64,000 nucleotides of DNA, from positions 48,422,001-48,486,000 of the forward strand of contig NC_043004.1 in NCBI RefSeq assembly GCF_006345805.1, in the 5' to 3' direction. Positions 1-13,033 of the stretch are shown here, piece by piece. The DNA comes from Octopus sinensis. Taxonomy: Eukaryota. The notes beneath the pieces were generated by a model that did not search any database, was not told where the DNA came from, and saw nothing but the letters and a program-made list of their open reading frames with translations. A program made the translations under genes and the position numbers. Positions within the stretch are counted from its first letter, which is position 1. Every line of letters starts with the position of its first letter.

Positions 1-751
1 AGACATTTTGTCTGACATACTAACAATGATGATGGTGGTGATGATGATTTCATTTATTTGCCACCAGAGCAATGGATGGGGGGGATTTAATAAATAACAA
101 AACAAACCAGGTTAATTTTATATATTTACAGTATCTATAACGAATATATTGTTGTATCATAAAGTTAGTAATATCAAAAAGAGAATTTGGAAAGTCCTGG
201 AGGTTAGATTGAATGGGGAAGGGCACATAAGGATTGGGGGACAGGCATGTTGAAAGAAAGAAGAAAAACAAAAGCCACGAGGTCATGACCTCTATTCTGA
301 ACAAAGGGTTGTAAAAATAGCCCATCACCTGGCTGAACTAGAGAGCAGGTCACACTAGTTTTGTAACAGCTGGGTTAAGAAAGGATAGGCAGTGGGGGTA
401 TAAAGAATATCAGTATATTGTTGTTCTCTCCTACATCACCTGCATACACCACTCTGTCACTTCTTACTAATGCCTGCCTTATATCACTTCTTCCTGTACA
501 TGGTACAATGATTTCTAACATTTCCACAGGGCCAAAGATAAAAAGAAGTCACATGATGTATCTCTCACATATCCAATACAGTCTGTTGTTAAATTTCAAT
601 GAGCTAAGATTATCCAAAAAGTTAGTAATCGAAAACAACGAGGTACACACTCAAACACACCTAAAAACAACAGAGATTAACTCCAATAAAAGCAGTAGAT
701 AGAAAATTTAGGACAATATGTAGATTGCAGTGAACTAGGATCTTGTTAAGC

Positions 752-911
752 TTCCTCCAACTACTTGAAGTATTTCAAATCTTCAGATTATTTTTTTTAA
801 ATGTAGTTTTGCATACTGATGAAAATCTCATTCATATATTTCTAGAAATTAATATCTAAAGAAGTTACAAAAGTGTAGGAAATTTAAAATACTTCAAGTA
901 GTTAGAAGAAC
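752..911. mobile_element. small inverted-repeat element (MITE-like)
   Basis: Perfect 17-bp inverted repeat AACTACTTGAAGTATTT (759-775) / AAATACTTCAAGTAGTT (887-903), extending to ~30 bp with a few mismatches. Confidence 0.55.
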
Positions 912-1149
912 AGGTGAAAGCAATGGATATGTTTCAGGAATTTTCAGAAGATGAAAGTTTCTAAAACTTACTGCCGTACTGTATTTATTATCAGAATTCT
1001 CTCCTGAGGTATTTTACCTCAGTTATATTATTGATATATCAAATCTAGTACATGACTAGTGTATACTTTATCAGTTCTGGAAAGATGAGAGACAACATTA
1101 ACTGAAGGAGACAAAAACCAGAGACTTATAATATGGCCCAATATTTTTT

Positions 1150-1343
1150 TCCGTACCACCAACACATAAAAGACACCCAGTACATTCCTATGGAGTGGTT
1201 GTTGTTAGGAAGGGCATTCAGCTGCAGAAACCAATCCAAAACAGATAGGAGTCTGCTGTAGCTCTCTGGCTTTATCAGTTCCTTTCAAAATGTCTAACCC
1301 ATACCAGCATGGAAAACAGATGCTAAAATGATTATGATGATGA
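1150..1343 (+). mobile_element. RTE-tailed SINE fragment (decayed)
   Basis: GGAGTGGTT..TTAGGAAGGGCAT.CAGCTG.AGAAAC core and CAGCATGGAAAACAGATG..(ATG)n tail, shared with the 3900-4279 and 12085-12424 copies. Confidence 0.7.
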
Positions 1344-1397
1344 GTAGAGAATGAGATGAAATTACAATCAGGAAAGACAATAGTATTTGTTAGTCTT

Positions 1398-1402
<5 letters not shown>

Positions 1403-1447
<45 letters not shown>
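1403..1447. repeat. (TG)n microsatellite
   Basis: Direct reading. Confidence 0.95.
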
Positions 1448-1449
<2 letters not shown>

Positions 1450-1855
1450 TATTATAAAAGCTTTTGAATTCCTGTCTGAGTTAACTTTATCTTTTCGATG
1501 GAGATACAGTGAGTCCCAGTCAAATACTGAAATCAGTCTACCCAGCAATACTCTCTTATCTCCACAAGTTGTAACCTTTGTGAAATTTTTAGTTGATGAG
1601 ATTCTGCTTTAGTAGATTCTATCCATCATACAAGAAAGGAAATCAAAGTAAAACCAGCCTGATGTATAAATAGAATACAGAAGTACTAAGTGCTGTAAAC
1701 AATCTAGTATGACATTTCACTGTTCTTGCAGAGGACCACACATATTTAGAAAGAAGAAGAAAAATAGGGTGGGGCAATACTGATTACCTTTTAGAAAGGC
1801 CTCATTGGCATAAATCAAGCAGAAAGTGGGGTTAATTATTAGTTATACCTGGCAC

Positions 1856-2067
1856 TTAACCCTTTTGTGACCATATTTCTGTTGAAATACTGCCTCTATT
1901 TCAAATAATGTTGAAATGATGAAGTTAGAATAATTTCTTCAATAATAAATTTATGTTTGGAACAAAAATTAATGAGAAATTTTACTGGAAAATTTAAATT
2001 TAGATCTCTTTAAAGCAAAAAAAAAAAAAAAAGCCTATATCAGGCAAGTTGGTGTGGAATAGGTTAA
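1856..2067. mobile_element. piggyBac-type MITE, family P2
   Basis: Starts TTAA-CCCTTTTG and ends AGG-TTAA; body homologous to 10030-10179 and 54296-54498. Confidence 0.65.
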
Positions 2068-2151
2068 ACAACAACAGTGTTACTACTTATGATTAGTTTA
2101 CAAAATATTTCTCAAGTAACACTGAATGTCAGTGAAGTTTAGACAATATTA

Positions 2152-2382
2152 TCAACCCTTTAGAATTTAAGTCGGCCAAATCTGGCCCAAATATTCATCT
2201 TGTTTCATATGTAGACTGGCCAGAACTGGCCCCTCACACCTAACTATCAATGTCATTCTGAAAAAATAAATGATCATATTATCGAAATCTTGAAGCTATG
2301 AGAAAACGCATGTTTAATTTCAAGACAATGTCAATAAATAAACATTGCCTTTGACCAAGTAATTTGAATAGTAAAGGGTTAA
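2152..2382. mobile_element. piggyBac-type MITE, family P1
   Basis: CCCTTTAG...TAAAGGG-TTAA termini; body homologous to ~10 other copies in the window. Confidence 0.8.
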
Positions 2383-2507
2383 AAGGCAAAAGGGGGAGGC
2401 GGAGTGGGAGTCAGACAGAAGACAGGTGAATTTAGACACGATGGGACATGAGGACAGCTTTGGTAAAATAGGCTTTACAGCTGCTATGTATATGTGCATA
2501 TATATGT

Positions 2508-2569
2508 AGGCTGACCAAAGCCTTGTGAGTGGATTTGGTAGACGGAAACTGAAAGAAGCCAGTCGTGTG

Positions 2570-2602
<33 letters not shown>

Positions 2603-2815
2603 GCGTGTATGTTTGTGTGTCTGTGTTTGTCCCCCTAGCATTGCTTGATAATTGATGCTGGTGTGTTTATGTCCCCGTCACTTAGCGGTTCGGCAAAAGA
2701 GACCGATAGAATAAGTACTGGACTTACAAAGAATAAGTCCTGGGGTCGAGTTGCTCGATTAAAAGGTGGTGCTCCAGTATGGCCGCAGTCAAAGGACTGA
2801 AACTAGTAAAAGAGT
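2508..2815 (+). mobile_element. tRNA-derived SINE family A, 5'-truncated
   Basis: GACCAAAGCCTTGTGAGTGGATTTGGTAGACGGAAACTGAAAGAAGCC, internal (TA)n(TG)n and 3' GCTCCAG.ATGGCCGCAGTCAA end; near-identical to 5967-6309 and 35314-35722. Confidence 0.9.
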
Positions 2816-3271
2816 ATGTATGTATGTATGTATGTGTGTGTGTGTGTATATATATATCAAAGTAGAACAAGGAACCATGAAACATAGCACATCCCTTTCC
2901 ACCACCATAATTACTACTACCAGTACCATGGCCACAAATCTTCCAATAAAGATCTCTGTCTCTCTCTCCCTCTACCATTCCTCTATACATTTCTGTAAAT
3001 TGGTTTCAAAAGGAGCTGCACCTGCACTAGGACTGCTGGATTAAAGTGTAGAAAGAGGGGAAAGGATTAACGTTATTACTATCACTACTACTACAAGAGG
3101 TGGTGGTAGTAGTAATGGCAGTAGCAGCAGCAGCAGAGGTGTTGGTGGTGGAGGTGGTGACTGATGCAGTTGAAATATAAACAGCATCAACAGTAACCCC
3201 CACTTCTTTTACAAGGCTATTGTGTACTCCCTAGTTCGCTCCCTTCCACCATAATAAAACTGGAATTACAT

Positions 3272-3318
<47 letters not shown>

Positions 3319-3899
3319 CGCATAAGCATGCACCCATCCTCTTCGTACATACATGTACAGATGTAATCGTATATTTGTGTGTGAGTATATATATATGTGT
3401 GTGTGTGTGTGTATTTTGACTGTAGCCATGCTGGAGCACTCCCTTTAAGGTTTTTTTTTTGGTCTTTTGTTGAACTGTTAAGTTACAAGGAAACACACTA
3501 ACATCACACACATGACAATGAAGCTCATAGGAGCTTCCTATGCATTAAGTTTAAATTCTGTTGTGGTCAACTTTGATTTCCCTCTTTTCAGAGGCAAGAA
3601 AACAAAAGTACCAGCAAGAGAAGCAGGGGGGAGGGGGGCAATGGATTCAGCAATATTCGAGTGTTTCATCTCTGTGCATTCCCACTGAAAATTTCACCTC
3701 CGTTGACTGGGAAAACAACGGTCTTTTGGAACCTGGCAAAACAATAGTGATGAGCTTGTGAAGACCAAAAGCAAATGCTCAAGTATTCCATCAGATCACC
3801 TTCCATGCCAACACAACAGCTGAGAGGAAAGGATGCAAGGCACCCTGCGCTCAACAGATGATTGATTACATATATATATATTTTATACATATATACAGA

Positions 3900-4279
3900 A
3901 ATAAATATATAATGGAAATAGTAGTTGTGATACCTGTGCAGGTGGCAAGTAAAAAGCACCATCCAAACGTGGCCGAAGCACCATCCGAACATAGCCAACG
4001 CCAGCGCCGCCTTGACTGGCTTCTGTGCTGGTGGCACGTAAAAAGCACCAACCGATCGTAGCCGCTGCCAGCTACCCCTGGCACCTATGCCAGTGGCACG
4101 TAAAGAGCACCCACTACACTCACGGAGTGGTTGGCGTTAGGAAGGGCATCCAGCTGTAGAAACACTGCCAGATCAGACTGGAGCCTGGTGCAGCCTCCTG
4201 GCTTCCCAGACCCCGGTCAAACCGTCCAACCTGTGCTAGCACGGAAAACGGACGTTAAACGATGATGATGATGATGATA
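3900..4279 (+). mobile_element. RTE-tailed SINE with three internal GGTGGCACGTAAAAAGCACC-like modules
   Basis: 3' end GTCCAACC..TGCTAGCA.GGAAA.CGGACGTTAAAC(GAT)n; homologous to 12085-12424. Confidence 0.8.
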
Positions 4280-4611
4280 ACATATTTATGTACACACACA
4301 TACATACACACACTAAAGCATGGCTGCCAGAAAAAGTAAGCAGTTGATGATGATGGTGCCTGTGTGTGTAAGTGTGTCATCATTATCTATCTTTGCTACA
4401 ACCCTGCCAGTCTGAAGAGATGACTAAAGGGAAGAGCGTCCATCCATAAAATGCTGCCCAAAACAGGACAGCATGAAAAAGCAGATTTATAATGCTGCTG
4501 TAGATGGTGTATACACTATATATCAATGTTTCATATCTATATCAACACACACACACACACACAAACATGTGCTTATATGTGTATGCATACATATATTACA
4601 TGTATGTGTAT

Positions 4612-4840
4612 ATAAGGCGGCAAGCTGGCAGAACCGTTAGTGCGATGGGCGAAATGCGTAACCGTATTTTGTCTGCCATTACGTTCTGAGTTCAAATTCT
4701 CCCGAGGTCGACTTTGCCTTTCATCCTTTCAGGGTCGATAAATTAAGTACCAGTTACGCACTGGGGTCGATGTAATCGACTTAATTCATTTGTCTGTCCT
4801 TTGTCCCCTCTATGTTTAGCCCCTTGTGGGTAATAAAGAA
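4612..4840 (+). mobile_element. full-length tRNA-related SINE family B with 23-bp target-site duplication
   Basis: B-box-like GAGTTCAAATTC and central GTCGACTTTGCCTTTCATCCTTTC.GGGTCGATAAA domain; ACATATATTACATGTATGTGTAT duplicated at 4589-4611 and 4841-4863. Confidence 0.9.
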
Positions 4841-5966
4841 ACATATATTACATGTATGTGTATGACTAGATGCATGTGAGTGCACCGATATACATTCATG
4901 CACATGTTAGCTATTTTATTTTTAACAGAAATCATAAAAAATAAATCTACCATCTTGGGCAGAGCAAAGGGAGAGGAATGGAGTTTGATACATAGAAAGA
5001 AGAAAAAAAACACAGAAAAGCCTGCAGGAAAACAACAGTGAGAATTCTTTTCCCTACAATTGTTGTACTGATCATTACACACATACATGTACACATACAG
5101 ACACACACATACACATCTACACATGTGTGCGGGTATATATATACTTACACACACGTATACATGCACTCATACATATTTATACACACATACCACAAATAAC
5201 ATTAAGAGAGTGATAGAAACAATAAGTAGGAGATAGTAAATTCTCCTCCATCACTATTGCTGCTGCTGCTACTACTACTACTACTATTAGAGGGTCAAAA
5301 TATCCTGCATGTCTTTGAACTGGCAGGAGAATCTGCAGTGTTCCTGGCTCACAATTGATACTAGCTGCTTTGGAGCCAAGTAGAGGTGGCAGGAATAGCT
5401 ACAGAACCTCTCTAACCATTTGTCTGGCTCCATTGCTTCCACTGATGCCATTGCAGTTGGTTGTTGTCATAGGAACCAAAATACTGTTTCCATAGCAATC
5501 TGCTATAAGCTATGACATTAACTTTCAACACTCCTGATTTTTGAAGGCAAAAAGTCATGTACAACCCACCTGGAGGGCTATTTTAGTATTTGGTACCACC
5601 CAACAGTATATACTGTAAAGTATGGTAGGTTTCAAAGTAAATCAACTTTGTTCCACTCCTACAAATATGTGACACAGCCAATTTCAATGCATTTTTCATA
5701 TTTAGTTACTTCTCTTTACATTGAAATTCTATTATAATCAGTCTAGCCTTTCATGCCTCCTTCAGAGTCAAGAAGTACCAGTAGTATATATAGGTCATCC
5801 TCTACAAAAGTTTATAAAAACAGGCCTACATAAGAAACTATTATTATCACAGCTAACGTTCAAGGATTTCATAAAGATATGAACAAATCCAGTAACAACT
5901 TATTAGTTAAAGCAAGCAGTGATATTTTTATTTTATGAATTAATCTAAAGAAAAAAAAAATGTACT

Positions 5967-6309
5967 CATGCGTGGCATCTTGGGCAAGTGTCTTCTGGTA
6001 TAGCCCCAGGCCGACCAAAGCCTTGTGAGTGGATTTGGTAGACGGAAACTGAAAGAAGCCTGTTGTATATATGTATGTGTGTGTATATGTTTGTGTGTCT
6101 GTGTTTGTCCCTCTAGCATTGCTTGACAACCGATGCTGGTGTGTTTACGTCCCAGTCACTTAGCGGTTCGGCGAAAGAGACCGATAGAATAAGTACTGGG
6201 CTTACAAAGAATAAGTCCCAGGGTTGATTTGCTCGACTAAAGGCAGTGCTCCAGCATGGCCGCAGTCAAATGACTGAAACAAGTAAAAGAGTAAAAGAGA
6301 GTAAAGAGT
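5967..6309 (+). mobile_element. SINE family A, 5'-truncated
   Basis: High identity to 35314-35722; tail of tandem AAAAGAGT repeats. Confidence 0.9.
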
Positions 6310-6359
6310 ATGGGATTTCTCTCTGAATGATTTTGCAGGTGGTGTGGCACAAGGAGAAG

Positions 6360-6362
<3 letters not shown>

Positions 6363-6402
<40 letters not shown>
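6363..6402. repeat. poly(A) tract of ~40 nt
   Basis: Direct reading. Confidence 0.95.
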
Positions 6403-6407
<5 letters not shown>

Positions 6408-6544
6408 TGACAAAGTCACTGGGTGGCAAGATGCATAGTGTGGGAAAATGACAAGGGATGGGTAACATGAATGGGTTCAGGTAGATGGTAGTGAAGCCAG
6501 GTAGTTCAGGGAAGAAGTTGCTGACACAGCTCACTGCAGTAGGA

Positions 6545-6905
6545 AAATATATGCTCTAAGAGTGTTAAGGAATGTATTTCACTAGAATAATTAATTATAT
6601 GCTTACAAGGGCTAGATAGGCATCTCCAACTAGCAAGCCATATTACTCCAGACTGAAGACGAGCAAAGACTCAGAAACTAGTCTCTGGATGCTGGTTTAA
6701 CCGGGTGGGGGTGCTTGTCTCCCCCTTGTAAACGTAAGGACACAGGAAATGTGTCAAAGTTGACAGGAAGCGTTGCTGCTTCCTAGGGCTAAATAGCAGT
6801 AGTAGTATTCTCTTCATGAGGCTGTCACATTAAGTTGACAGCATACAACTACTTTATCGTATCACTACTGCAAATATTTCTCTAAGAGATTTAGAAATGT
6901 ATTAT
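6545..6905 (+). mobile_element. hammerhead-containing structured retroelement (retrozyme / Penelope pLTR-like), copy A
   Basis: Homologous to 25136-25526; contains a hammerhead motif and conserved hairpins; terminal redundancy CTCTAAGAG..T.A.GAATGTATT at 6554 and 6880 (period 326). Confidence 0.75.
6647..6689 (+). ncRNA. minimal type I hammerhead ribozyme
   Basis: Stem I TCCAGA(6647-52)/TCTGGA(6684-89); core CTGAAGA(6653-59); stem II GAG/CTC with loop CAAAGA; GAAA(6674-77); palindromic stem III ACTAGT; GTC cleavage triplet (6681-83). Confidence 0.75.
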
Positions 6906-6937
6906 TTCTATATAAATATGTATATATATATATATAT

Positions 6938-7100
6938 ACGATGAGCTCCTTTCAATTTCCTTCTACTAAATCCACTCACAAAACTTTGGTTGGCCTGAGG
7001 CTATAATAGAAAACATTTCCACTTCGTGCCATCCATCAAGATTGAACTTAGAACCATGCAGATGGGAAGCAAGCTTCTTACCACAGGGCCACACCTGTAC
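6938..7100 (-). mobile_element. SINE family A 5' half, reverse orientation, decayed
   Basis: Reverse complement of the GTGGTAAGAAGCTTGCTTCCCA..CATGGTTC head and GAGTGGATTT.GTAG body. Confidence 0.75.
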
Positions 7101-9807
7101 TTTTTAGTAACATTTTTTTCGATGCTCTCCTCACTTGCTATGATTTATCATATTTAAAGACATCAAAAAAAAAAAAAAATTACAGCCAACAAGTTGATTT
7201 GCTATTAAAAGACTACTTGCATTTAAATCATTTCATCAATATATGTCAAATCATCATTTCAACTACAAATACTAGCAGATGATTTGCACACAGAATGAAA
7301 ACTATAAATTCTTTTTGAAAATTTAGGGGTTGCAGAGCAACAGTAACCATTTGTGAGTGAAGTATTGGTTAAAGATTTCCTAACTTTAGGAAGGAAGGCA
7401 TCATTTGTGATATAATCTTGGTTAAGATATAGATGTATGGAGACTGGAAAAAAGTGCTTTCTCAACAATATAAATAACTGGATATTTGCAAATAATACCA
7501 TTCAATAGAAAGAAAAGTTGAGACACTTGTCTCAGTTTCACACGTTTGATACCAGGAGACAAATGGTTTCATTTGCACTAAGTTCTCATATATTCTCATT
7601 TGAAATATTGAATACAAGCACATTTGAAGGTAAAACTAGTCAGGAGAAATTACGCTTTTTGAACTCATCAAAATACAATGTACTCTACAGGCATTATTAT
7701 GGAGTTTGAAGTAATGGTAAAGTACTTCCAGTCTTTTCCTGGTACAATGCCAAACATCAACAAAATTAACCTAATATTCAGTGAGTCAAAGAATGACATA
7801 TACCTTAAAATGAGATATTTAGTTCAACTGAAATGATTTAGAAATAAAAACCTAAGAAACATTGAAATTGCTGAAAGAAAATGTGAGATCATGATATTCA
7901 TGACTTACCCAATAAGAAAAACAATACTAGGAAAATTGAAAATAGAATACAAGGAGCTATGTTGTTACTATTAGTCTAAGGTCAGCTCTTGTTGAGTAAA
8001 ACTTGTGATACAGAGTTAAGACTACTCAGCCTCTTTTACCTAGCAGCATATTCTCCTGTTTTCAACATTACATATCCAGTATATTATCTATAGTAGTGTT
8101 AGAAATAATTTTTTCTAACGTAGTAAGAGCTAATTTGAAGGAAATTTGTCTGCTATTTCAAGCAGATCTAGCAATCATGTGAAGGCACCATGTTGGTTCA
8201 TGCTACAAATACAAAAAACAACAATGCAAGTTATATGCATACACTCACAAACGTGCAGGTGTGTGTGTGCACATATGCTTGCATGTAAAATTCCTTCGTA
8301 TGTTAGGGTCTTTTTGGTGGCTTGCTTTGATGGTGGTGTCAAACAGGCCATTATGGTAGTTGCTAATCACTAATCTATGTTTTTATAAGTACCTACATCA
8401 GCCAACCAGGAACAAGCCAACATCCTCATCAATATGGTACATATACAAATTAGTGGGTAACAATAAAAACAAATATTGGAATAACACTCTTAAGCCAAAA
8501 TAATTATATATTGATGTGTTTAATTAATTCAGAACAGAATTCTTGAACCATGTGCTAAATTACACAAGAAAAGAACTCCTTTCATTATTTATTCCTTCCG
8601 GCCAGAAGTAACAATTCCTCACATTTTGCTGGTTACTCATGAATACTCATGCAGCAGATAATTAGGTTCAGTGGGACGCAGCAGAGTTAGTGATAGCTTC
8701 TATTTTAATTAGAAATATATATAACATTACTCAGCATCTGTCTTTGAAGAAGCATAAAATGTCTATTTTTGTTCCTCAGCCACTGAGAAGAATGAGTATG
8801 AGACTTCCAAGAATTGAAGGAGTGAAGCATGAACTTTGAAAGTTTTCTGTTGGGGAAGGATGGTGGGGTGGGGTGGGGGTCATCCAGCCATAAGAACCAA
8901 GCCAAAACAGGTGGCTGGGCATGGTGCAGCTCTCCAGTTTACCAGATCCAGTCCAAACTTTCTAACTCATGCCAACATGGAAAATGAATGTTAAATGAAG
9001 ATGATATATATCATGTGGCCAACCAAACTATCCATATATTTTTCCAACCAGTAGAAAGCTGCAAAAGTTACAAACTTCTGTGACTTTCTGCAGATCAAAA
9101 AGTAAAAAATAAATACTCATATATTGAGTTTTACTTCTGTTTCTTATATCAGCTCCACCTCTGTTTATGCATGTATATAATATAAGAGATATTCTGCATA
9201 TAGTACAAGAATATTTCTCTGTGCAAGGTTTAACTAGGGGCTCACTTGTGAAAACTAAACCATGTGTGTGTAGATTGACATAAATAAATGCATATTCTAT
9301 ATTTTCTGTGGTTATAGTTACATGTTTCTGAAATGTGTAGATAAAAAAAATGGCAGTTACTGGTTTTATTTGTACAGTTGTTACTCCAAAATTGAGCCAG
9401 AATCTATCAAGACCAGGTGAAATGTGTAAACATTTACAGTAAAGTGCTTTACTTTCAAAGTTTATCATTAAAAATTAAAATCTCAGAAAAGGACTGTTAC
9501 ATTAATAGTAGGAACAAATACTTTGCAGATATAACGGAATGTTGTATTTGCAAATAGAAATAATATAATAGAATATAAGAATGTGTGTGTGCACGCACAG
9601 AATTTCATCATTGGGTTCAATGAAATAGAAATGCTCAATTTCAAACATGTCCAAAGACAATATATAGAACATGTATATATTCCATTTTAATGAATATATT
9701 TAATTGTAATGTACAAAAATTTGTTGATTTTTCATTTCATAAAACTTTTTTTTTAAATACCAAATCGCTTGAAACCACCCATGGTTCTATAATACAAATT
9801 TCCTGTT

Positions 9808-10029
9808 TTAACCCTTTCGTTACTGCATTTATTTTGAGATGCTCTGTGTTTCTTTCAATTATTTTAAATATAACAAAGACTTTAGTAAAATAACTTAGAT
9901 ATCATTCAGCTAGTGTTAGGAACATAAATTATGACTAAGGTTTGGTGGAAGATTTTAATTCAAAACTTATGAAAACAAGACATTTGTACTCAGAGCCAGT
10001 TTCAGCCAGGTTGGTAACGAAAGGGTTAA
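9808..10029. mobile_element. piggyBac-type MITE, family P2, complete
   Basis: TTAA TSD at both ends (9808-11, 10026-29); perfect 12-bp TIR CCCTTTCGTTAC/GTAACGAAAGGG. Confidence 0.9.
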
Positions 10030-10179
10030 AGTGATCTAAATAAAAACCCACCAAAATTTCATGTCAATTGATGTTCCAAAACTAGCTTAATAATATTTTA
10101 CTAAATTTAACATTACTTCCCAAGTTACCTGAAACAAAACCAGTGTATTTCAACAGAAATATGATAACAAATGGGTTAA
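10030..10179. mobile_element. partial piggyBac-type MITE abutting the previous one
   Basis: Ends GGG-TTAA; reverse complement of the 1856 copy start (CCCTTTTG..ACCATATTTCTGTTGAAATAC). Confidence 0.65.
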
Positions 10180-12084
10180 GTCATCACACATACCCACCCA
10201 CACTAAACAACAACTGTATTAAGAAAATGGTTATGAAAACATGTGTGTATCAACACACATGAGTGAATGTGTGATTACCATCTGCAGTGCTGGATATGAT
10301 GGCTTTATGAAATAGAACGCAAAATCTATCTTGCAAAACTAACAAATATTAAAATGTATGCTAGATATAAGATAATTTAAGCTGGAAAATAATCTTACAG
10401 TAACATTTTGTTTTTATATGTTTTTAAGTAAAATTTTTGAATATGGTGAAAAATTTAAGTTGGATCGACTCACCAAAACACTGTATAATTTGAACAACTA
10501 ACTGTAAAAAAAAACTTAGATTTTTGTCTATAGTTTATATTTCTGTTAATCTGTTTCTGATGGAAAATCATCATCTCAGTATCGATGAGAAAAGCATGAA
10601 TGTCATACTACTTCAGTTTCCTTCTCTTTGGGGAGTCAAAGGTTTTGAGGCAGTAAGCCTTTGAAAAGGGAATAAACAACATACAAGCTAGAGTTCAACC
10701 AAACTCTGTAAAAGCTTGACATCTTCAACTTCATCAACAAATGAATTTTAAAAAGGTATGACAGCTTGTATCCTGTTGCTCATCTTGGAAGAAATAGCAG
10801 CCAAGTTTCTTGTAAATCACACAATAACTTCTTAAAGTGGGAAGGACACACTGAATAAGTAAGCCTGATATACAAAAAGATGAGATTAGCAATGGTATTG
10901 CCACAAAGAAAGCCTTTGATCTTGGCTTGTAGGATTAGGTTGGAACTGGGCCTTACATATCAATGTAAGATGTGTTTGTTAAAATTTTTGTTTGTAAGGA
11001 CATTAATCATCAGTGACCATATTTCTACAAATGAAAATAAAGTCTGTGTGATTCTGTTAAGTTTGAAAAGAAATAAAAAATATTGAAAGATTTAATAAGA
11101 TATCTTTCTCTCAATGCAGGCTTTGATGGCATTGTAATCATGCTGAACAAGCCATATTAGCTGGTTATATTTTGAAAACTTCCACATCCTAACAGAGTAC
11201 AAAGACCACTCAGCTATATTGGTTTTATTGACACACAACATGAAGTTGAGGATCTATTAAAGCAAACGGGGTAAAAAGATTCTTGGCATAGTATTGTGAG
11301 ATGCATCTTGGTTGTAGTCAGTTAAAGAAAGGACATAAAAGGGTTCTTACGAAAACTATGATGAAGGTCTTTATTTTAAATACGGACACTTTAAACTGGC
11401 AGTTTTGTATGAGAACTAGAGATAGTATCAGATGGACATGTGTCAAACTGAGTCATATAATCATAACACTCAATACAGGTTTTTAACAGTTGAAGAACTA
11501 TAATCCAAAATATCAGAATTTTCCCCACTTCTCACAACAACTAGATTTATTGACACTTACAAATTCTCTGGGATACTTTTATTACCATTCTTGCTGATGC
11601 AGACTCCCACTAGTTCCTTAGATTTTGTGAGCAATATCATCATTGGTTATAGGTTTCCAATGGATCAATTACTGGTTCACAGTGTTTTCTTATAGCAAAG
11701 AGTGACACGAGAGTTTCTGTGTAACTCAGAATAAATATGAGATATATTTTTTCCACTAACAGCAGAGATTTATTGGCATTCTTGCAAACGTGCACATTTT
11801 CCCTCCTTATATACAAATGGAATTTGATAGACAGAAACTTTCTATCAAATTCCATTCCTAAAACATTGATCAACTTGAAACTATGGTAACAAACACTTGC
11901 TCAAAATGCCATGAAGTGGGATTATGTTCAGAACTATGTGGTTATAGAGAAGCAAACACCTTTACTACGCAGCTATGCTGGCATCCAAACATTTCCTTAA
12001 AAGACATTATTTTACATCTGCTTTTCATGCTGGAATGGATTAGATGAGTTCAAATCAGTTCTTATAATGCACTCTTCAAGGTGC

Positions 12085-12424
12085 ATTATATGTCCTGGCA
12101 CTTAACCCATGCTAGGAGGGTGCCAAGAGCACCATCCGAGTGTGATTGTTGCCAGAGCAGCCAACTGGCTTCCATGCCAGTGGAACGTAAAAGGACTCGA
12201 GAGCGAAGTTGTTGCCAGTACCACCTGACTGGCCCCCGTGCCGGTGGCACATAAAAAGCACCTTCTACACTCTTGGAGTGGTTGGCGTTAGGAAGGGCAT
12301 CCAGCTGTAGAAACTCTGCCAAATCAAGATTGGAGACTGGTGCAACCATCTGGTTTGCCAGCCCTCAGTCAAAATCGTCCAACCCATGCTAGCATGGAAA
12401 GCGGATGTTAAACGACGACGACGG
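12085..12424 (+). mobile_element. RTE-tailed SINE
   Basis: Homologous to 3900-4279; ends GCTAGCATGGAAAGCGGATGTTAAACGACGACGA. Confidence 0.85.
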
Positions 12425-12809
12425 TGATCTCACTTGAATGTTGCATTTTTGGTTTGGTTTCCATGGCCATATAGCCTTCCTAACACCAATCCTTCTATGG
12501 AGTGTACCGAATGCATTTTATCATGACACCAGCACAGGTGAAGTTGCTCTGTAAGATTAAATGGTAATGCAAATTCTGTACATTTGCTACATAATTGATA
12601 GCAGAGAGTACAATGCCCAAGATTGGTGGTTCAAGTGGACTAAGTTTACAATGGTAGTAACAGGATGACTAGGATATGGGGAGGGGGTTTATAAAGAAAG
12701 GAGAAAGGGTAATGGAAACTAACAGAAGTGAACAATTCTAACAATGAGTGATGATTTCATTTGTAAATATACATAGAATTAAGCCAATAAGATTAGCACT
12801 ATTCTTTGC

Positions 12810-13033
12810 TTAACACTTTAGCATTTAAACTGGCCATATCTGGCCAAAATATTCTACCTGTTTTATACTCAAAGTGGCCACATCTGGCCTCTCACACCAA
12901 CCCTACAATATCACTCTAAAATTTAACAGCTCACCACAATCTCAAAGCTACAAGATAATGCATGGCTAATTCAAAACAATGTGAATAAATAAGCATTACA
13001 TTTGACAGAGTCATCTGAGTGCTAAAGGGTCAA
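12810..13033. mobile_element. piggyBac-type MITE, family P1
   Basis: TTAA-CACTTTAGCATT ... GCTAAAGGG-TCAA. Confidence 0.85.

Noticed and set aside
1004-1022. Hairpin CTGAGGTA-TTT-TACCTCAG
   Set aside because: An 8-bp stem is expected by chance in 64 kb.
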